Source: Deferribacterales bacterium (GTDB taxonomy: Bacteria > Chrysiogenota > Deferribacteres > Deferribacterales > Geovibrionaceae). Taken from it: a stretch of 64,000 bases of DNA. The translations under genes and the position numbers were made by a program. Location: positions 160,001-224,000 of the forward strand of contig JBFWLW010000005.1 of NCBI GenBank assembly GCA_050251945.1, in the 5' to 3' direction. The notes beneath the pieces are model-generated. The model did no database searches. It was not told the origin of the DNA and worked only from the letters and a program-made list of their open reading frames with translations. Below are positions 31,128 through 42,257 of the stretch, piece after piece (within the stretch, counting starts at the first letter, position 1; each line of letters starts with the position of its first letter).

Positions 31128-32687
31128 ATGGGTATATCTTATTACCTTCTGGTGGTAGCCGGAGCTGTTATCGGAGCATTCTTAGGAATGTTCTGGCAGA
31201 AAAAAAGAAATGACGCTGAAAATCTGAAACTGAACAAAACCGCTGAAGACATTATCAGCAGAGCAAAAAGAGAGAGCGACGACATCGTAAAGGAGTCCAA
31301 ACTCGAGGCCAAAGATATTGTCAACAAAGGTAAAGCTGAAATCGAAAGAGAAGTGCGCGAAAAACGCAACGACCTGAAAGTACAGGAAAAACGCATCTTC
31401 CAGAAGGAAGAGGCAGTTGACAGAAAGATGGAATCTCTTGAAAAGAAAGAGGAATCCTTTGTACAGAAAGATGCTGAGTACGAAAGACGCCTGAAAGAGA
31501 TCGATGCGACGAAAGAACGCATCAACGAGATGAAACAGAACATCATCTTTGAAACTGAGAAGATAGCGAATATGACCAGCGAAGAAGCCAAACAGATGCT
31601 TATCGCACAGATGGTTGACGACGCGAAACTTGAAGCTGCAAGAACTCTGCGCGAGCTGGAAGAGGAGACAAAAACCGAAGCCGACAAAAAGGCGAGAAGC
31701 ATCATCTCCACTGCTATCCAGCGCTGCGCACCCGAATACATCTCGGAGATCACCGTCACTGTTGTGGCTCTGCCCTCCGACGAGATGAAAGGACGTATCA
31801 TCGGACGTGAAGGACGTAACATCCGCACGTTTGAAAGCGTTACAGGCGTTGACATCATCGTTGACGACACGCCGGAAGCGGTTATCCTCTCGTCCTATGA
31901 CCCTTTCCGCAGAGAGATAGCCAAAATGACACTGGAAAGACTGGTGTCCGACGGACGTATCCACCCTGCGCGCATTGAGGAAATTTACAACAAGGCGAAA
32001 GAGGAACTTGAAAAACACGTTCTTGAAGTGGGCGAAGAAGCCCTTTTCAACCTCGGTCTGCACAACGTCAGCAAAGACATAACAAGACTGCTGGGAAGGC
32101 TGAAATACAGAACTTCCTATGGTCAGAACGTTCTCGGTCACTCCATTGAAGTTGCCAAGATCACAGGTCTTATGGCGGCTGAGCTTGGTCTTAACGAGAA
32201 GATAGCCAAACGCGCAGGTCTTCTGCACGACATTGGTAAGGCGATAGACTATGAAGCTGAAGGCTCGCACACCGAAATAGGTGTTGAAGTTGCCAAAAAG
32301 CACAAAGAGGATTGGAGAGTTATCAACGCGATAGCTTCCCACCACGGCGAAGAGGAATTCAAATGTATCGAGGCTGTGCTTGTTCAGGCGGCTGACGCAA
32401 TCTCTGCATCACGCCCCGGCGCAAGACGCGAAGTGCTGGAAAGCTACATCAAACGTCTTGAAAACCTTGAAACCATCGCCAGCGGATTTGACGGCGTAAG
32501 CAAATCCTACGCTATTCAGGCAGGACGCGAAGTCAGAATTATCGTTGAACCCGAAAAGGTTAATGACGAAAGACTTGTCACCCTGTCCAAAGACATTTCA
32601 AAACAGATAGAGGACGAGCTGACCTACCCCGGTCAGATCAAGGTCACTGTTATCCGTGAATCAAGAGCGGTCGGGTACGCAAAGTGA
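31128..32687 (+). CDS. rny: Ribonuclease Y
   Basis: N-terminal TM, coiled coil, KH ([13 protein letters not shown]), HD (LLHDIGK), AIQAGRE. Confidence 0.97.
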   Translation: MGISYYLLVVAGAVIGAFLGMFWQKKRNDAENLKLNKTAEDIISRAKRESDDIVKESKLEAKDIVNKGKAEIEREVREKRNDLKVQEKRIFQKEEAVDRKMESLEKKEESFVQKDAEYERRLKEIDATKERINEMKQNIIFETEKIANMTSEEAKQMLIAQMVDDAKLEAARTLRELEEETKTEADKKARSIISTAIQRCAPEYISEITVTVVALPSDEMKGRIIGREGRNIRTFESVTGVDIIVDDTPEAVILSSYDPFRREIAKMTLERLVSDGRIHPARIEEIYNKAKEELEKHVLEVGEEALFNLGLHNVSKDITRLLGRLKYRTSYGQNVLGHSIEVAKITGLMAAELGLNEKIAKRAGLLHDIGKAIDYEAEGSHTEIGVEVAKKHKEDWRVINAIASHHGEEEFKCIEAVLVQAADAISASRPGARREVLESYIKRLENLETIASGFDGVSKSYAIQAGREVRIIVEPEKVNDERLVTLSKDISKQIEDELTYPGQIKVTVIRESRAVGYAK

Positions 32688-33457
32688 AAGTCCTCCATAT
32701 CGGAGATATTATCGGGCGCACAGGCAGAAAGGCGGTTCAAACCTTTCTGCCCGCCGTCCGGGCTGAATACGAACCTGATATCATCATTGCAAATGCCGAA
32801 AACTCTTCCGGAGGTTTCGGCATTTCCTATGCTGTATATGAGGAGTTTCTGCGTCTGGATATTGACATCCTCACCACCGGAAACCATGTCTGGGATAACA
32901 AAGAGGTGGAAAAGACCATCGGCAGGATGGACAAGCTTATCCGCCCCGCTAACATGCCGGAAGGCGTGCCTGGCAGAGGCAGCATAACCATTGAGAAGAA
33001 CGGCGAAAAGTTCACCTGTGTGAACCTCATCGGACGTGTCTTCATGGGGCTTTCCGACTGTCCTTTCCGCAAGTTTGACAGTATCATGGAAGAGGCGGAA
33101 GGTTTTGTGTTTGTAGACTTTCATGCGGAGGCCACCAGCGAGAAAACAGCTTTCGGATTTTATGCCGACGGACGGGCTGGAGCTGTTGCGGGAACCCACA
33201 CCCACGTTCAGACTAATGATGAACGCCTGCTCCCCAAGGGTACGCTGTATCTGACGGACACCGGAATGTGCGGCGCTCTGAATTCCGTGATAGGAATGGA
33301 AAAATACGCGCCCATAGAAAGGTTTCTGACGGGGATGCCGCGCAAATTTGAGGTTGAAAAGCGGGGTAAAATATTGTTTAATGCCTTGTTTTTCGAGTAC
33401 GGAAGCGACCTGAAGGTCACTGATTTCTCTAAAGTATGTATAACGTCAGGGGACTGA
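32684..33457 (+). CDS. ymdB: YmdB-family metallophosphoesterase
   Basis: [28 protein letters not shown]; follows rny. Confidence 0.93.
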   Translation: MKVLHIGDIIGRTGRKAVQTFLPAVRAEYEPDIIIANAENSSGGFGISYAVYEEFLRLDIDILTTGNHVWDNKEVEKTIGRMDKLIRPANMPEGVPGRGSITIEKNGEKFTCVNLIGRVFMGLSDCPFRKFDSIMEEAEGFVFVDFHAEATSEKTAFGFYADGRAGAVAGTHTHVQTNDERLLPKGTLYLTDTGMCGALNSVIGMEKYAPIERFLTGMPRKFEVEKRGKILFNALFFEYGSDLKVTDFSKVCITSGD

Positions 33458-33458
33458 T

Positions 33459-34367
33459 ATGGACTATAAAGCGGAGATTAAAAAGCTTGCAAAACAGCGG
33501 GATGCGGTTATTCTCGCCCATAATTATCAGATAGATGATATTCAGGAAATAGCTGATATAACAGGTGATTCCCTCGGATTGTCCATTGAGGCTGCTAAAA
33601 CTCCAAATAAGGTCATTGTTTTCTGCGGCGTGCATTTCATGGCGGAGACCGCTCATATGCTCGCACCGGAAAAGACTGTCCTTCTGCCCAGACCTGACGC
33701 GGGATGTCCCATGGCGGATATGATAACAGGCGAAAAGCTCGCCGGATTCAAGGCTCAGCACCCCGGTGCCGTGACCGTCTGCTATGTAAACTCCACTGCG
33801 GAAGTTAAGGCTCAGAGCGATCTGTGCTGTACTTCCGGCAACGCTGTCAATGTTATCAAAAGCATACAGTCGGACAAGATTCTTTTTGTTCCGGATAAGA
33901 ACCTCGGAAACTACGTTCAGAGATTCACCGACAAAGAGGTGATCCTTTATCCCGGCTTCTGCCCGATACACAATCGGGTGACGGTTCCGGAAATTCAGCA
34001 GCTCAGACGCGAACACCCGGACGCAATAGTTGTCGCACACCCGGAATGTCCCCCTTCTGTGGTGGATATCGCAGACCACGTCTGCTCAACATCGGGTATC
34101 TATACCTATTGCAAGGTCAGCGATGCGAAGAAATTCATAATCGCAACTGAAACCGGCGTAGGTTACAGGCTGAGACTTGAAAATCCTGATAAGACATTCC
34201 TGTTCGCATATGAAGGCTTCACCTGCAAAAACATGAAAAAGACAACTCTTAAAGATGTTTACGAGTGCCTTTTAAACATGAGCAACGTTATCACTGTTGA
34301 TCAGAAAGTTGCTAAAAAAGCTGTGACCTGCATTGAACGGATGCTCGCCATACCAAGAAACGAATAG
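33459..34367 (+). CDS. nadA: Quinolinate synthase A
   Basis: LAHNYQ, GDSL, FCGVHFMAE, AGCPMA, HPEC. Confidence 0.96.
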   Translation: MDYKAEIKKLAKQRDAVILAHNYQIDDIQEIADITGDSLGLSIEAAKTPNKVIVFCGVHFMAETAHMLAPEKTVLLPRPDAGCPMADMITGEKLAGFKAQHPGAVTVCYVNSTAEVKAQSDLCCTSGNAVNVIKSIQSDKILFVPDKNLGNYVQRFTDKEVILYPGFCPIHNRVTVPEIQQLRREHPDAIVVAHPECPPSVVDIADHVCSTSGIYTYCKVSDAKKFIIATETGVGYRLRLENPDKTFLFAYEGFTCKNMKKTTLKDVYECLLNMSNVITVDQKVAKKAVTCIERMLAIPRNE

Positions 34368-34447
34368 GTTTTTTAAATATAGGCTTCCATTATATTGAAA
34401 AATCTGATATTGTTTTTAAGCCGTTATAATTGATTGAGGGTCATTAT

Positions 34448-34900
34448 ATGAAACGTGTTGCTCTAGCTTCCGACCACGGCGGTTTCGGTCTTAAGTCGGA
34501 AATCAAAAATTATCTTACATCAAAAGGTTATGAGGTTGTCGACCTCGGTACCGATTCCGAATCTTCTGTTGACTATCCCGATTTTGGTGCTGCCGCGGCA
34601 AAAGCCGTTCTTGAAAAGAATGCCGACTGCGCAATAGTTATGTGCGGCTCTGGTATCGGCATCTCCATTTCTGCCAATAAATTCAAAGGCATACGCTGTG
34701 CGCTCTGCTTTGACACCTACACGGCGAAGATGTGCCGTCTGCACAACGACGCAAACATAATGGCGCTTGGCGGACGCATCACCACAATAGAGAGAGCGGT
34801 TGATATGGTTGATATTTTCCTCAATACTGAATTTGAGGGCGGACGTCACCAGAGACGCATCGACAAGATAGACGAACTCGCAAAAGAAAGCTGGTGCTGA
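34448..34900 (+). CDS. rpiB: Ribose-5-phosphate isomerase B
   Basis: SDHGG, DYPD, CGSGIG, HNDAN, FEGGRH. Confidence 0.95.
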   Translation: MKRVALASDHGGFGLKSEIKNYLTSKGYEVVDLGTDSESSVDYPDFGAAAAKAVLEKNADCAIVMCGSGIGISISANKFKGIRCALCFDTYTAKMCRLHNDANIMALGGRITTIERAVDMVDIFLNTEFEGGRHQRRIDKIDELAKESWC

Positions 34901-34901
34901 G

Positions 34902-35366
34902 ATGGGTAAAACAGAAAGACCCTCATGGGATGAATATTTTATCGAAATGACAAATCTGGTGAAAGAGCGCTCGACATGCCTGAGAAGGCAGGTAGGAGCA
35001 GTCATCGTTAAAGACCATCATATACTCGCAACGGGTTACAACGGTGTTCCCAGCGGCATAACCCACTGCGCTGAAACCGGATGTCTCCGCGAACAGCTTA
35101 AAGTTCCCTCCGGCGAACGCCACGAAATATGCAGGGGGCTTCACGCCGAGCAAAACGCCATCATTCAGGCGGCATATCACGGGATAAGCATAAAAGGCTC
35201 AGTGCTTTACTGCAATACGAAACCATGCTCCATCTGCGCGAAAATGATATGCAACGCAGGCATTGAAAAAGTTATCTATGAACAGGGATACAGCGACCCG
35301 CTGGCGGACGAAATGCTTTACGAAAAGCGGGTTCAGCTTATTAAGTACGAAAAAGGAAAGATCTGA
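34902..35366 (+). CDS. dCMP deaminase (ComEB family)
   Basis: [22 protein letters not shown]. Confidence 0.92.
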   Translation: MGKTERPSWDEYFIEMTNLVKERSTCLRRQVGAVIVKDHHILATGYNGVPSGITHCAETGCLREQLKVPSGERHEICRGLHAEQNAIIQAAYHGISIKGSVLYCNTKPCSICAKMICNAGIEKVIYEQGYSDPLADEMLYEKRVQLIKYEKGKI

Positions 35367-36673
35367 TGCCTTTTTTCGGGTTTAAGGGCGGTGTCCATCC
35401 TGACTACAATAAATCACTGACCAGCGGGAAACCCACTGAAACCCTGCCCGTTAAAGCGGGGGATAAGTATTACCTGCCGCTTTCCCAGCACATCGGCGCC
35501 CCGGCAAAACCTGTGGTTGTTAAAAATCAGCAGGTTAAGACAGGCGAACTGGTGGCAGAGGCGGGCGGATTTATAAGCGCTGCCATCCACAGTCCCGTCA
35601 ACGGCAAGGTTACGTCCATATCCCATGTCATACACCCAATGGCAGGGCGCATGGAAGGGGTAATCATCGAGGCGGACGAGACAAACGACGAATACGAACC
35701 CATCTCGGACGAGGGGACTTTTCAGCAGATAGTCCAGCGCGCCGGCATAACAGGTATGGGCGGGGCGACCTTCCCGACTCACGTTAAGCTTTCACCGCCG
35801 AAAGAAGTGGATACACTGCTCATCAACGGTGCAGAGTGTGAGCCATATCTCACATGCGACCACCGCATGATGCTTGAACAGACGCTCAAGGTCATAAAAG
35901 GCGCTGTGCTTATCAAAGAAAAACTGAATATCAGGAATCTCATAATTGGTATAGAGAAAAACAAGCCCGATGCCGTACAGTTATTTAAAAGATACGAAAA
36001 AGAGTACGGTTTCGAGCTTATTCCTCTTTATGTCAAATACCCGCAGGGCGGAGAGAAACAGCTTATAAAAGCTTGTGTGAACAGGGTTGTGCCGGAGGGT
36101 AAACTTCCGGTTGAAGTGGGCGTTATCGTGCATAACGTCGGAACCGCCGCCGCTGTTTATGCGGCATATTATGACAAAAAGCCGCTTTTTGAGCGTATTG
36201 TCACTGTTACGGGCGCTGTAGTGACCCCGAAAAACCTCCGCGTCAGGGTGGGAACCCCCATTCTGTCACTTATTGACGCATGCGGCGGGTTTTTAGGCGT
36301 TCCGAAAAAGATAATTATGGGCGGACCTATGATGGGTATGGCGGTGACATCCGTCGAAACTCCCGTTATGAAAGGAACCAGCGGAATTCTGGTTTACCGC
36401 GAAGAGGATATGCCCGACCTGACAAAATATCCGTGCATACGCTGCGGGCGGTGTGTTGACGCATGCCCGATGCTTCTTGTGCCTTCCATCATGGACAGGT
36501 TCGTGAAAAAGGAAATGTACGAAGAACTTGAACAACACCATGTGATGAACTGCATAGAGTGCGGATGCTGTTCCTACGTCTGCCCGTCCAGAAGGACGCT
36601 GGTGGGCGGTTTCAAAACATCCAAACGTCACATTATGCAGAGGATAAAGGAGAGGGGGGCGAAAAATGCCTGA
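35366..36673 (+). CDS. rnfC: Rnf complex subunit C
   Basis: QHIGAPA, GMGGATFPT, NGAECEP, CIRCGRC, CIECGCC. Confidence 0.95.
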   Translation: MPFFGFKGGVHPDYNKSLTSGKPTETLPVKAGDKYYLPLSQHIGAPAKPVVVKNQQVKTGELVAEAGGFISAAIHSPVNGKVTSISHVIHPMAGRMEGVIIEADETNDEYEPISDEGTFQQIVQRAGITGMGGATFPTHVKLSPPKEVDTLLINGAECEPYLTCDHRMMLEQTLKVIKGAVLIKEKLNIRNLIIGIEKNKPDAVQLFKRYEKEYGFELIPLYVKYPQGGEKQLIKACVNRVVPEGKLPVEVGVIVHNVGTAAAVYAAYYDKKPLFERIVTVTGAVVTPKNLRVRVGTPILSLIDACGGFLGVPKKIIMGGPMMGMAVTSVETPVMKGTSGILVYREEDMPDLTKYPCIRCGRCVDACPMLLVPSIMDRFVKKEMYEELEQHHVMNCIECGCCSYVCPSRRTLVGGFKTSKRHIMQRIKERGAKNA

Positions 36674-37658
36674 CAGAAAATTTCTGGTGACCTTTTCACC
36701 CCACGACAGACACCCCGATACGACGAATAAGGTGATGATGACGGTGGTGATAGCCATGCTCCCCATCATTGCCAATTCAATATGGTATTACGGTTATTAC
36801 GCGGTTAAGGGCTATGTGCTTACAACCCTTTTCTGCATAGGTTTTGAATATCTTTTCAACAGGATATCCGGCAGACCTGTGGCTATAAAAGATAATTCGG
36901 CTCTGGTGACGGGGCTTCTGCTGGCAATGAACATGCCTGCCGCCGCTCCATGGTGGACGATGCTTGTGGGATCATTCATTGCTATAATCGTTTCAAAACA
37001 GGTTTACGGCGGACTTGGACAGAACCCGTTCAACCCCGCTCTGGTGGCGCGGGTGTTTCTGCTCATAGCGTGGCCTGTGGAGATGACCTCATGGGTTAAG
37101 CCTTCGCCAATAATCCATGGATTCCTTTTTGACACAGTAAGTTCTGCGACACCGCTTGGAACGCTGAAATCCGACATAATAGCCCACGGGCATGTTGTCA
37201 CGGCGAACCTTGCCACATACACAGACCAGATAATCGGCAACGTCAGCAGCTGTATGGGCGGCGACGGAGCTATATTTGTACTTATAGGCGGACTTTTCAT
37301 GATGAACCGCAAGGTCATTTCATGGCATATCCCCGTTTCGTTCCTCGGAACACTTTTCGCGTTCACAGGCATCATTTGGCTTATAAATCCCCAGCGTACT
37401 ATCGACCCGTTTCTGCACATTGTCAGTGGCGGTGCTATGCTTGCGGCTTTCTTCATGGCGACGGATTATGTTACATCCCCCGTCATAAAGCGAGCGCAGA
37501 TAGTATTCGGAATCGGATGCGGACTTATTGCCGGAATCATCAGAATTTACGGAAGCTACCCTGAGGGTACCGGCTTTGCCGTGCTTATCATGAACGCGTT
37601 CGTTCCTCTGCTGGATAAATATATGCGCCCGCTGTCGTTCGGCGAGGTGAAGAAATGA
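36666..37658 (+). CDS. rnfD: Rnf complex subunit D
   Basis: GGLGQNPFNPA, SATPL FMN site, FMATD. Confidence 0.95.
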   Translation: MPDRKFLVTFSPHDRHPDTTNKVMMTVVIAMLPIIANSIWYYGYYAVKGYVLTTLFCIGFEYLFNRISGRPVAIKDNSALVTGLLLAMNMPAAAPWWTMLVGSFIAIIVSKQVYGGLGQNPFNPALVARVFLLIAWPVEMTSWVKPSPIIHGFLFDTVSSATPLGTLKSDIIAHGHVVTANLATYTDQIIGNVSSCMGGDGAIFVLIGGLFMMNRKVISWHIPVSFLGTLFAFTGIIWLINPQRTIDPFLHIVSGGAMLAAFFMATDYVTSPVIKRAQIVFGIGCGLIAGIIRIYGSYPEGTGFAVLIMNAFVPLLDKYMRPLSFGEVKK

Positions 37659-38203
37659 ATAACCAGCTTAAGATGGTTGTGGTGCTTACGGTGATATCCG
37701 CTCTTGCCGCGCTCCTTCTGACAGGGGTTTACAGCGCCACGAAGCAGAAGATAGCCGATGCGGAGCGTCAGGATTTTCTGAAAGGTCTGACAACGGTTCT
37801 GCCCGGATTCGACAACGAACCGGACAGGGAGACAATGACAGTTGACGGAAACACCCTGTATATCGGTAAAAAAGGCGGAAAAGTTTTCGGCTATGCTGTG
37901 GAAGGCATTACTGCAAAAGGATATTCTGGTAACATAAAAATACTTGTCGGTGCAGGCGTTGACGGAAAAGTGCTTGGTATCGAAGTGATAAGCCACGCGG
38001 AAACACCGGGGCTTGGAAACAAAATAGAAGATGAGACATGGCGGGACAGCTTCATAGGCAGGACCGCCGATTCAAATATAACCGTCAAAAAGGACGGCGG
38101 CGAAATAGACAGTTTCAGCGGAGCGACCATATCACCGCGCGCTGTCTGCGAGGCGGTCAGAAACGCACTTGCCATAATCGGCAAAGTCGGGGGTGCTGAA
38201 TGA
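37655..38203 (+). CDS. rnfG: Rnf complex subunit G
   Basis: GYSG, ETPGLG, SGATIS FMN site. Confidence 0.93.
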   Translation: MNNQLKMVVVLTVISALAALLLTGVYSATKQKIADAERQDFLKGLTTVLPGFDNEPDRETMTVDGNTLYIGKKGGKVFGYAVEGITAKGYSGNIKILVGAGVDGKVLGIEVISHAETPGLGNKIEDETWRDSFIGRTADSNITVKKDGGEIDSFSGATISPRAVCEAVRNALAIIGKVGGAE

Positions 38204-38811
38204 AATTATCCATCCTGACAGAAGGAATTTTTAAGAACAACCCCGTTATGAAGCAGGTTCTGGGGCTTTGCCCGACACTTGCCGTGACCACCTCCGCAAT
38301 CAACGGAATAGCTATGGGACTCGCCACCACAGGCGTGCTTATGGGGTCGAACGTTGCTGTTGCTCTTGTTAAAAATATAATACCTGCAAAGGTGCGCATA
38401 CCTGCATATGTAGTGATAATCGCTACCTTTGTCACGCTTATAGACCTTTCCATGAACGCATATTTCCATGACCTGCATAAGATACTTGGTCTGTTTATTC
38501 CTCTTATCGTGGTGAACTGTATTGTTCTCGGCAGGGCGGAGAGCTTTGCGTCCAAGAACGGCGTGTTCGATTCACTTCTGGACGGCATAGGCTCCGGTCT
38601 GGGGTTCACGCTGACGCTGTTCGTTCTCGGAAGCATCCGCGAAGTTCTTGGAAACGGTTCGTGGTTCGGTTTAGACCTTTTCGGGGTGCATTTCAGCCCC
38701 GCGATACTTATGATACTGCCTCCCGGCGCGTTCATCGTCCTTGGGTTCATGATGGCGTTCAACAACTTTGTTGAAGAGCGCAGACGCATCAGCAGAGGAG
38801 GCGCGCAATGA
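38200..38811 (+). CDS. rnfE: Rnf complex subunit E
   Basis: [21 protein letters not shown]. Confidence 0.94.
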   Translation: MKLSILTEGIFKNNPVMKQVLGLCPTLAVTTSAINGIAMGLATTGVLMGSNVAVALVKNIIPAKVRIPAYVVIIATFVTLIDLSMNAYFHDLHKILGLFIPLIVVNCIVLGRAESFASKNGVFDSLLDGIGSGLGFTLTLFVLGSIREVLGNGSWFGLDLFGVHFSPAILMILPPGAFIVLGFMMAFNNFVEERRRISRGGAQ

Positions 38812-39383
38812 GCCTTTTCCTCCTGTTTGTCGGTGCCGTTCTTGTAAATAACTTCGTTCTTGCCCGTTTTCTCGGTATCTGCCCGTTTTTCGGGGTGTCG
38901 AAAAAAGTTGAGACGGCTGTGGGCATGGGACTTGCGGTCACATTCGTGATGACCGTAGCAGGCTCTATCACATGGATAATCCAGTATGCCGTGCTGGACA
39001 GGTTCAAGGTCGGCTTTTTGCAGACCATAGTTTTCATTCTTGTCATCGCCGCCCTCGTGCAGTTTGTTGAGATGGTAATTGAAAAATCATCACCCGACCT
39101 GTACCAGAGCCTTGGCATCTATCTTCCTCTGATAACCACCAACTGCGCCATACTCGGTGCGGCTATAATCAATATACAGTCGGGATTCGATTTCCTGCAT
39201 ATGCTGGTGTTCACAATCGGCTCTGCGCTGGGTTTCACATTGGCTATGGTGCTTTTTTCAGGCATCAGGGAGCGCATTGAGCTGTCCGACATCCCGTATT
39301 ATTTCCGCGGACTGCCTATCGCTTTCATAACTGCTGGGATACTCGCCCTCGCTTTCATGGGCTTTTCAGGGCTGGTGAAGTGA
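38808..39383 (+). CDS. rnfA: Rnf complex subunit A
   Basis: [20 protein letters not shown]. Confidence 0.94.
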   Translation: MSLFLLFVGAVLVNNFVLARFLGICPFFGVSKKVETAVGMGLAVTFVMTVAGSITWIIQYAVLDRFKVGFLQTIVFILVIAALVQFVEMVIEKSSPDLYQSLGIYLPLITTNCAILGAAIINIQSGFDFLHMLVFTIGSALGFTLAMVLFSGIRERIELSDIPYYFRGLPIAFITAGILALAFMGFSGLVK

Positions 39384-39384
39384 T

Positions 39385-40173
39385 ATGATAGCGGCAGTTT
39401 TAACAATGGCGGCAACAGGTTTTGTTGCGGGGCTGGGTCTGATGTACGCCTCAAAAAAGTTTCATGTGGTAAAGGATGAGCGCATTGAAGCGGTGAACGA
39501 GATGCTCCCCGCGGCAAACTGCGGCGGATGCGGATATCCGGGCTGCGCGGCTCTGGCGGAGGCTATCGTAAGCGGGAAAGTACCTGTTAACGCGTGCCCT
39601 GTGTGCAGCCGCGATATGGTTCAGCAGATTGCGGAATATCTGGGACTGACAGCCGACAGCTCTGTTAAAAAAGTTGCAAGAGTCAGATGCAACGGCGGGT
39701 GTGAAAACGCTGTTGAGAAATATAATTATTATGGTCCCCGCGACTGCCACAGTATCGTTATCTTAAACGGCGGGAGCAAACTCTGTACCTTCGGGTGTGT
39801 GGGTGAGGGGAGCTGTGTTAAGGCTTGCGGTTTTGACGCGATGCACATGGGCAAAAACGGCATACCTGTGGTCAATGCCGAAAAATGCTGTGCCTGCGGG
39901 CTTTGTGTCAAGGCATGTCCCAGAAATCTTATCATGCTCATTCCCGAAGAAAAGCCTGTCGTGGTCAACTGTATGTCGAAAGACAAAGGACCCGAAGTGA
40001 AAAAAGCTTGCAGTGTCGGGTGCATAGGCTGTAAGATGTGCGAGAAAAAATGCCCTGTCGGCGCTATAGATGTGGACAGTTTCTTAGCGAAGATAGATCC
40101 TTCCGTCTGTAATGTCTGTGGTGAGTGCGTGGCGGTATGCCCCACAAAAGCTATTGGAGATTATAGCAAATAA
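39385..40173 (+). CDS. rnfB: Rnf complex subunit B (polyferredoxin)
   Basis: LPAANCGGCGYPGC and multiple CxxCxxCxxxC motifs. Confidence 0.94.
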   Translation: MIAAVLTMAATGFVAGLGLMYASKKFHVVKDERIEAVNEMLPAANCGGCGYPGCAALAEAIVSGKVPVNACPVCSRDMVQQIAEYLGLTADSSVKKVARVRCNGGCENAVEKYNYYGPRDCHSIVILNGGSKLCTFGCVGEGSCVKACGFDAMHMGKNGIPVVNAEKCCACGLCVKACPRNLIMLIPEEKPVVVNCMSKDKGPEVKKACSVGCIGCKMCEKKCPVGAIDVDSFLAKIDPSVCNVCGECVAVCPTKAIGDYSK

Positions 40174-40177
40174 TTAC

Positions 40178-40204
40178 TCAAATTCGACGCAAAAAGGACG
40201 ATAA
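40178..40204 (+). promoter_or_regulatory. Putative sigma28 (FliA) promoter
   Basis: TCAA-N15-GACGATAA versus consensus TAAA-N15-GCCGATAA. Confidence 0.5.
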
Positions 40205-40264
40205 AGAAGAGAGGCGTTTATCTGCAAAGATAAACACACAATAAAGCTATGTTCTTGGAGCGTT

Positions 40265-40606
40265 ATGGTCACTAATACTCCCGATATGCAAAGTCTGTTT
40301 GTTGAGGACAAAATAGCCCTTCTCAACAGGCTGAGTGCATTTTACAGAATGAGTGAGTTCTTTTTCGCACTGAACAGAGATACGGTGCGAACCGCAAACG
40401 ATCATGACATTACAGTTGTGTCTCTGGATAAGAAACCTGAAAACGTTGGGCTGGCGGCAGATAAAATCAAAGAAATATGCGAAAAATTGAAACTTCTGGA
40501 TGTTATCAGCACCGATAACGGCAATATTGTGCGCAAAAAGAACCTTCTTCGTCAGAAGCTGTTAAGGCTTACTCAAAATATCAGTGAGAATAAGAATAAT
40601 CTTTAG
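40265..40606 (+). CDS. Hypothetical helical protein
   Basis: GGAG RBS, 113 aa, no recognisable motif. Confidence 0.65.
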   Translation: MVTNTPDMQSLFVEDKIALLNRLSAFYRMSEFFFALNRDTVRTANDHDITVVSLDKKPENVGLAADKIKEICEKLKLLDVISTDNGNIVRKKNLLRQKLLRLTQNISENKNNL

Positions 40607-40863
40607 AGCATATCGCTTAAGAGATTTCGCATTACTCCCTCTTTTGTCTAAAGAGAGGCTTAAATTAAAAAATATCAAAATTAAATCAAATCGAATGAGA
40701 TCGCTTCGTCGCTGTTATTCGGCAATAGTTAAAAATGGACTCATTCAGCCTTCGGCTGGTGCTCCTCGCGAAGACGTTTATTTCTTCCCGTCTCTGCGAA
40801 CCCTGCATGGGTGAAGCAGTCTCATCTTGATAATATGCGATATTATTTATGAAATATGCTTTA
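40604..40863. mobile_element. MITE-like wrapper type 2 with internal REP pair
   Basis: TAGAGCATAT (40604-40613) / ATATGCTTTA (40854-40863) inverted ends; REP units 40697-40775 (expanded) and 40790-40823. Confidence 0.6.
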
Positions 40864-41532
40864 GCCTGCGGTTATGACTATACACGCCGCACCTGTTTTT
40901 TCACAGGCGCTTATCTTCTCTTTAAATCCGCCGGAATCGCCGGAAAGCTTCGTAACAAGTGCATCAGCTTCTATCTCACGCATGAGAGCGATGTTGAATT
41001 CTTCCGAAAAAGGACCCTGCATGGCGATTATTTGTTTGTATTCGGCACCAGCCAGCCTGCATTTTTCAATTGATTTTTCATAGGGTAGCACCCGTATGAG
41101 GCATTTATGAATAACGTCTTTAAAAGCGTCTATTCTGTTTGAGCCGATGGTGAGCAGTACTGACGAAAATTCTTTTGCCCTCTCTGCCGCCTCTTCGTAT
41201 GACTCTACAATGATTATACCCTCGTAATCCGATTCCAGCTTCGGTATCCGCATGGCGTTTATGTAGGGTAAGCCGAGTTTTTCCGCAGTTTTAACCGCAA
41301 GCGCTGTAATGTTTTTTGCGAAAGGGTGGGTTGTGTCTGCAATGGCAGTTATGCCGTGTTCCAGTATAAAAGCTGTCAGTGTGTCCTCGTCAAAACGTAT
41401 GAGAACAGTCGGGAAATCATTTCTGAACGATTCATACCCGTATTGTGTGGCTACGCTCACCACATAATCTTCGTTCAGGTTTTTTATATATTCGCGGGTG
41501 TCGGATGTTCCGCCAATTACAAGGGTTTTCAA
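40861..41532 (-). CDS. cbiJ: Precorrin-6A/cobalt-precorrin-6A reductase
   Basis: IGGTSD, DTTHPFA, AMQGPFS, TKLSGDSGG. Confidence 0.92.
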   Translation of the reverse strand: MKTLVIGGTSDTREYIKNLNEDYVVSVATQYGYESFRNDFPTVLIRFDEDTLTAFILEHGITAIADTTHPFAKNITALAVKTAEKLGLPYINAMRIPKLESDYEGIIIVESYEEAAERAKEFSSVLLTIGSNRIDAFKDVIHKCLIRVLPYEKSIEKCRLAGAEYKQIIAMQGPFSEEFNIALMREIEADALVTKLSGDSGGFKEKISACEKTGAACIVITAG

Positions 41533-42257
41533 ACCGGATACCCTCTGGGCGTTATCATCTTTCCGTCTTTAATTATCGTTTTCTTACAGCCTACAATTAC
41601 TATGGAAGACATATCAACGAAGTCAAAATCAAAGTCGGAAATTTTTGATATCTTTGCAGATTGCTGTTCGCGGAAGGCATTTTTCACAGTTCCTGTGATG
41701 AGGTCTCCGCGAGTGTCATAAAATGTTTTCAGAGCATATTCTATCTGCTGTGTGCGCTTCATGCTTTTCGGGTTATAGACTGCCGCCACGAAATCGCCTA
41801 CGTTCACACCGTCTATGCGCTTTTTGATTATCTCCCAAGGGGTCAGAAGGTCGGACATGGAAATTATGGCGAGATCGTCTGCAATGGGCGCGCCGAGTAT
41901 TGCCGATGCCGCCATTGCCGCTGTCACGCCCGGTATAACCTCAATCTCAACCAAATGGTCGGCGAGCTGGTAAACCAGTGACGCAAGTGAATAAAGTGAC
42001 GGGTCGCCACCGCATATAAGGCACACGTCATGTCCCTCTTTGGCGTATTGCAGAGCAGTTTCCGCCCGTTCCACTTCGCCCTTCATACCGCTGGTGAAAA
42101 CCGGTTTTCCTGCGGGAATGATATCCGCCACCTGTTCAACGTACTTATCATAACCGCATACTGCCGTGCAGTTTTTTATGGCGTATTCCGCCTGTGCCGT
42201 CATAGTGTTCTTACCGTCGGGTCCTATGCCCGTGAGAAATATTTTTCCCATCATCAC
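41529..42257 (-). CDS. cbiH: Precorrin-3B C17-methyltransferase
   Basis: GIGP, GGDP, SMSDLLTPW, YNP, TPRGY. Confidence 0.93.
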   Translation of the reverse strand: MMMGKIFLTGIGPDGKNTMTAQAEYAIKNCTAVCGYDKYVEQVADIIPAGKPVFTSGMKGEVERAETALQYAKEGHDVCLICGGDPSLYSLASLVYQLADHLVEIEVIPGVTAAMAASAILGAPIADDLAIISMSDLLTPWEIIKKRIDGVNVGDFVAAVYNPKSMKRTQQIEYALKTFYDTRGDLITGTVKNAFREQQSAKISKISDFDFDFVDMSSIVIVGCKKTIIKDGKMITPRGYPV

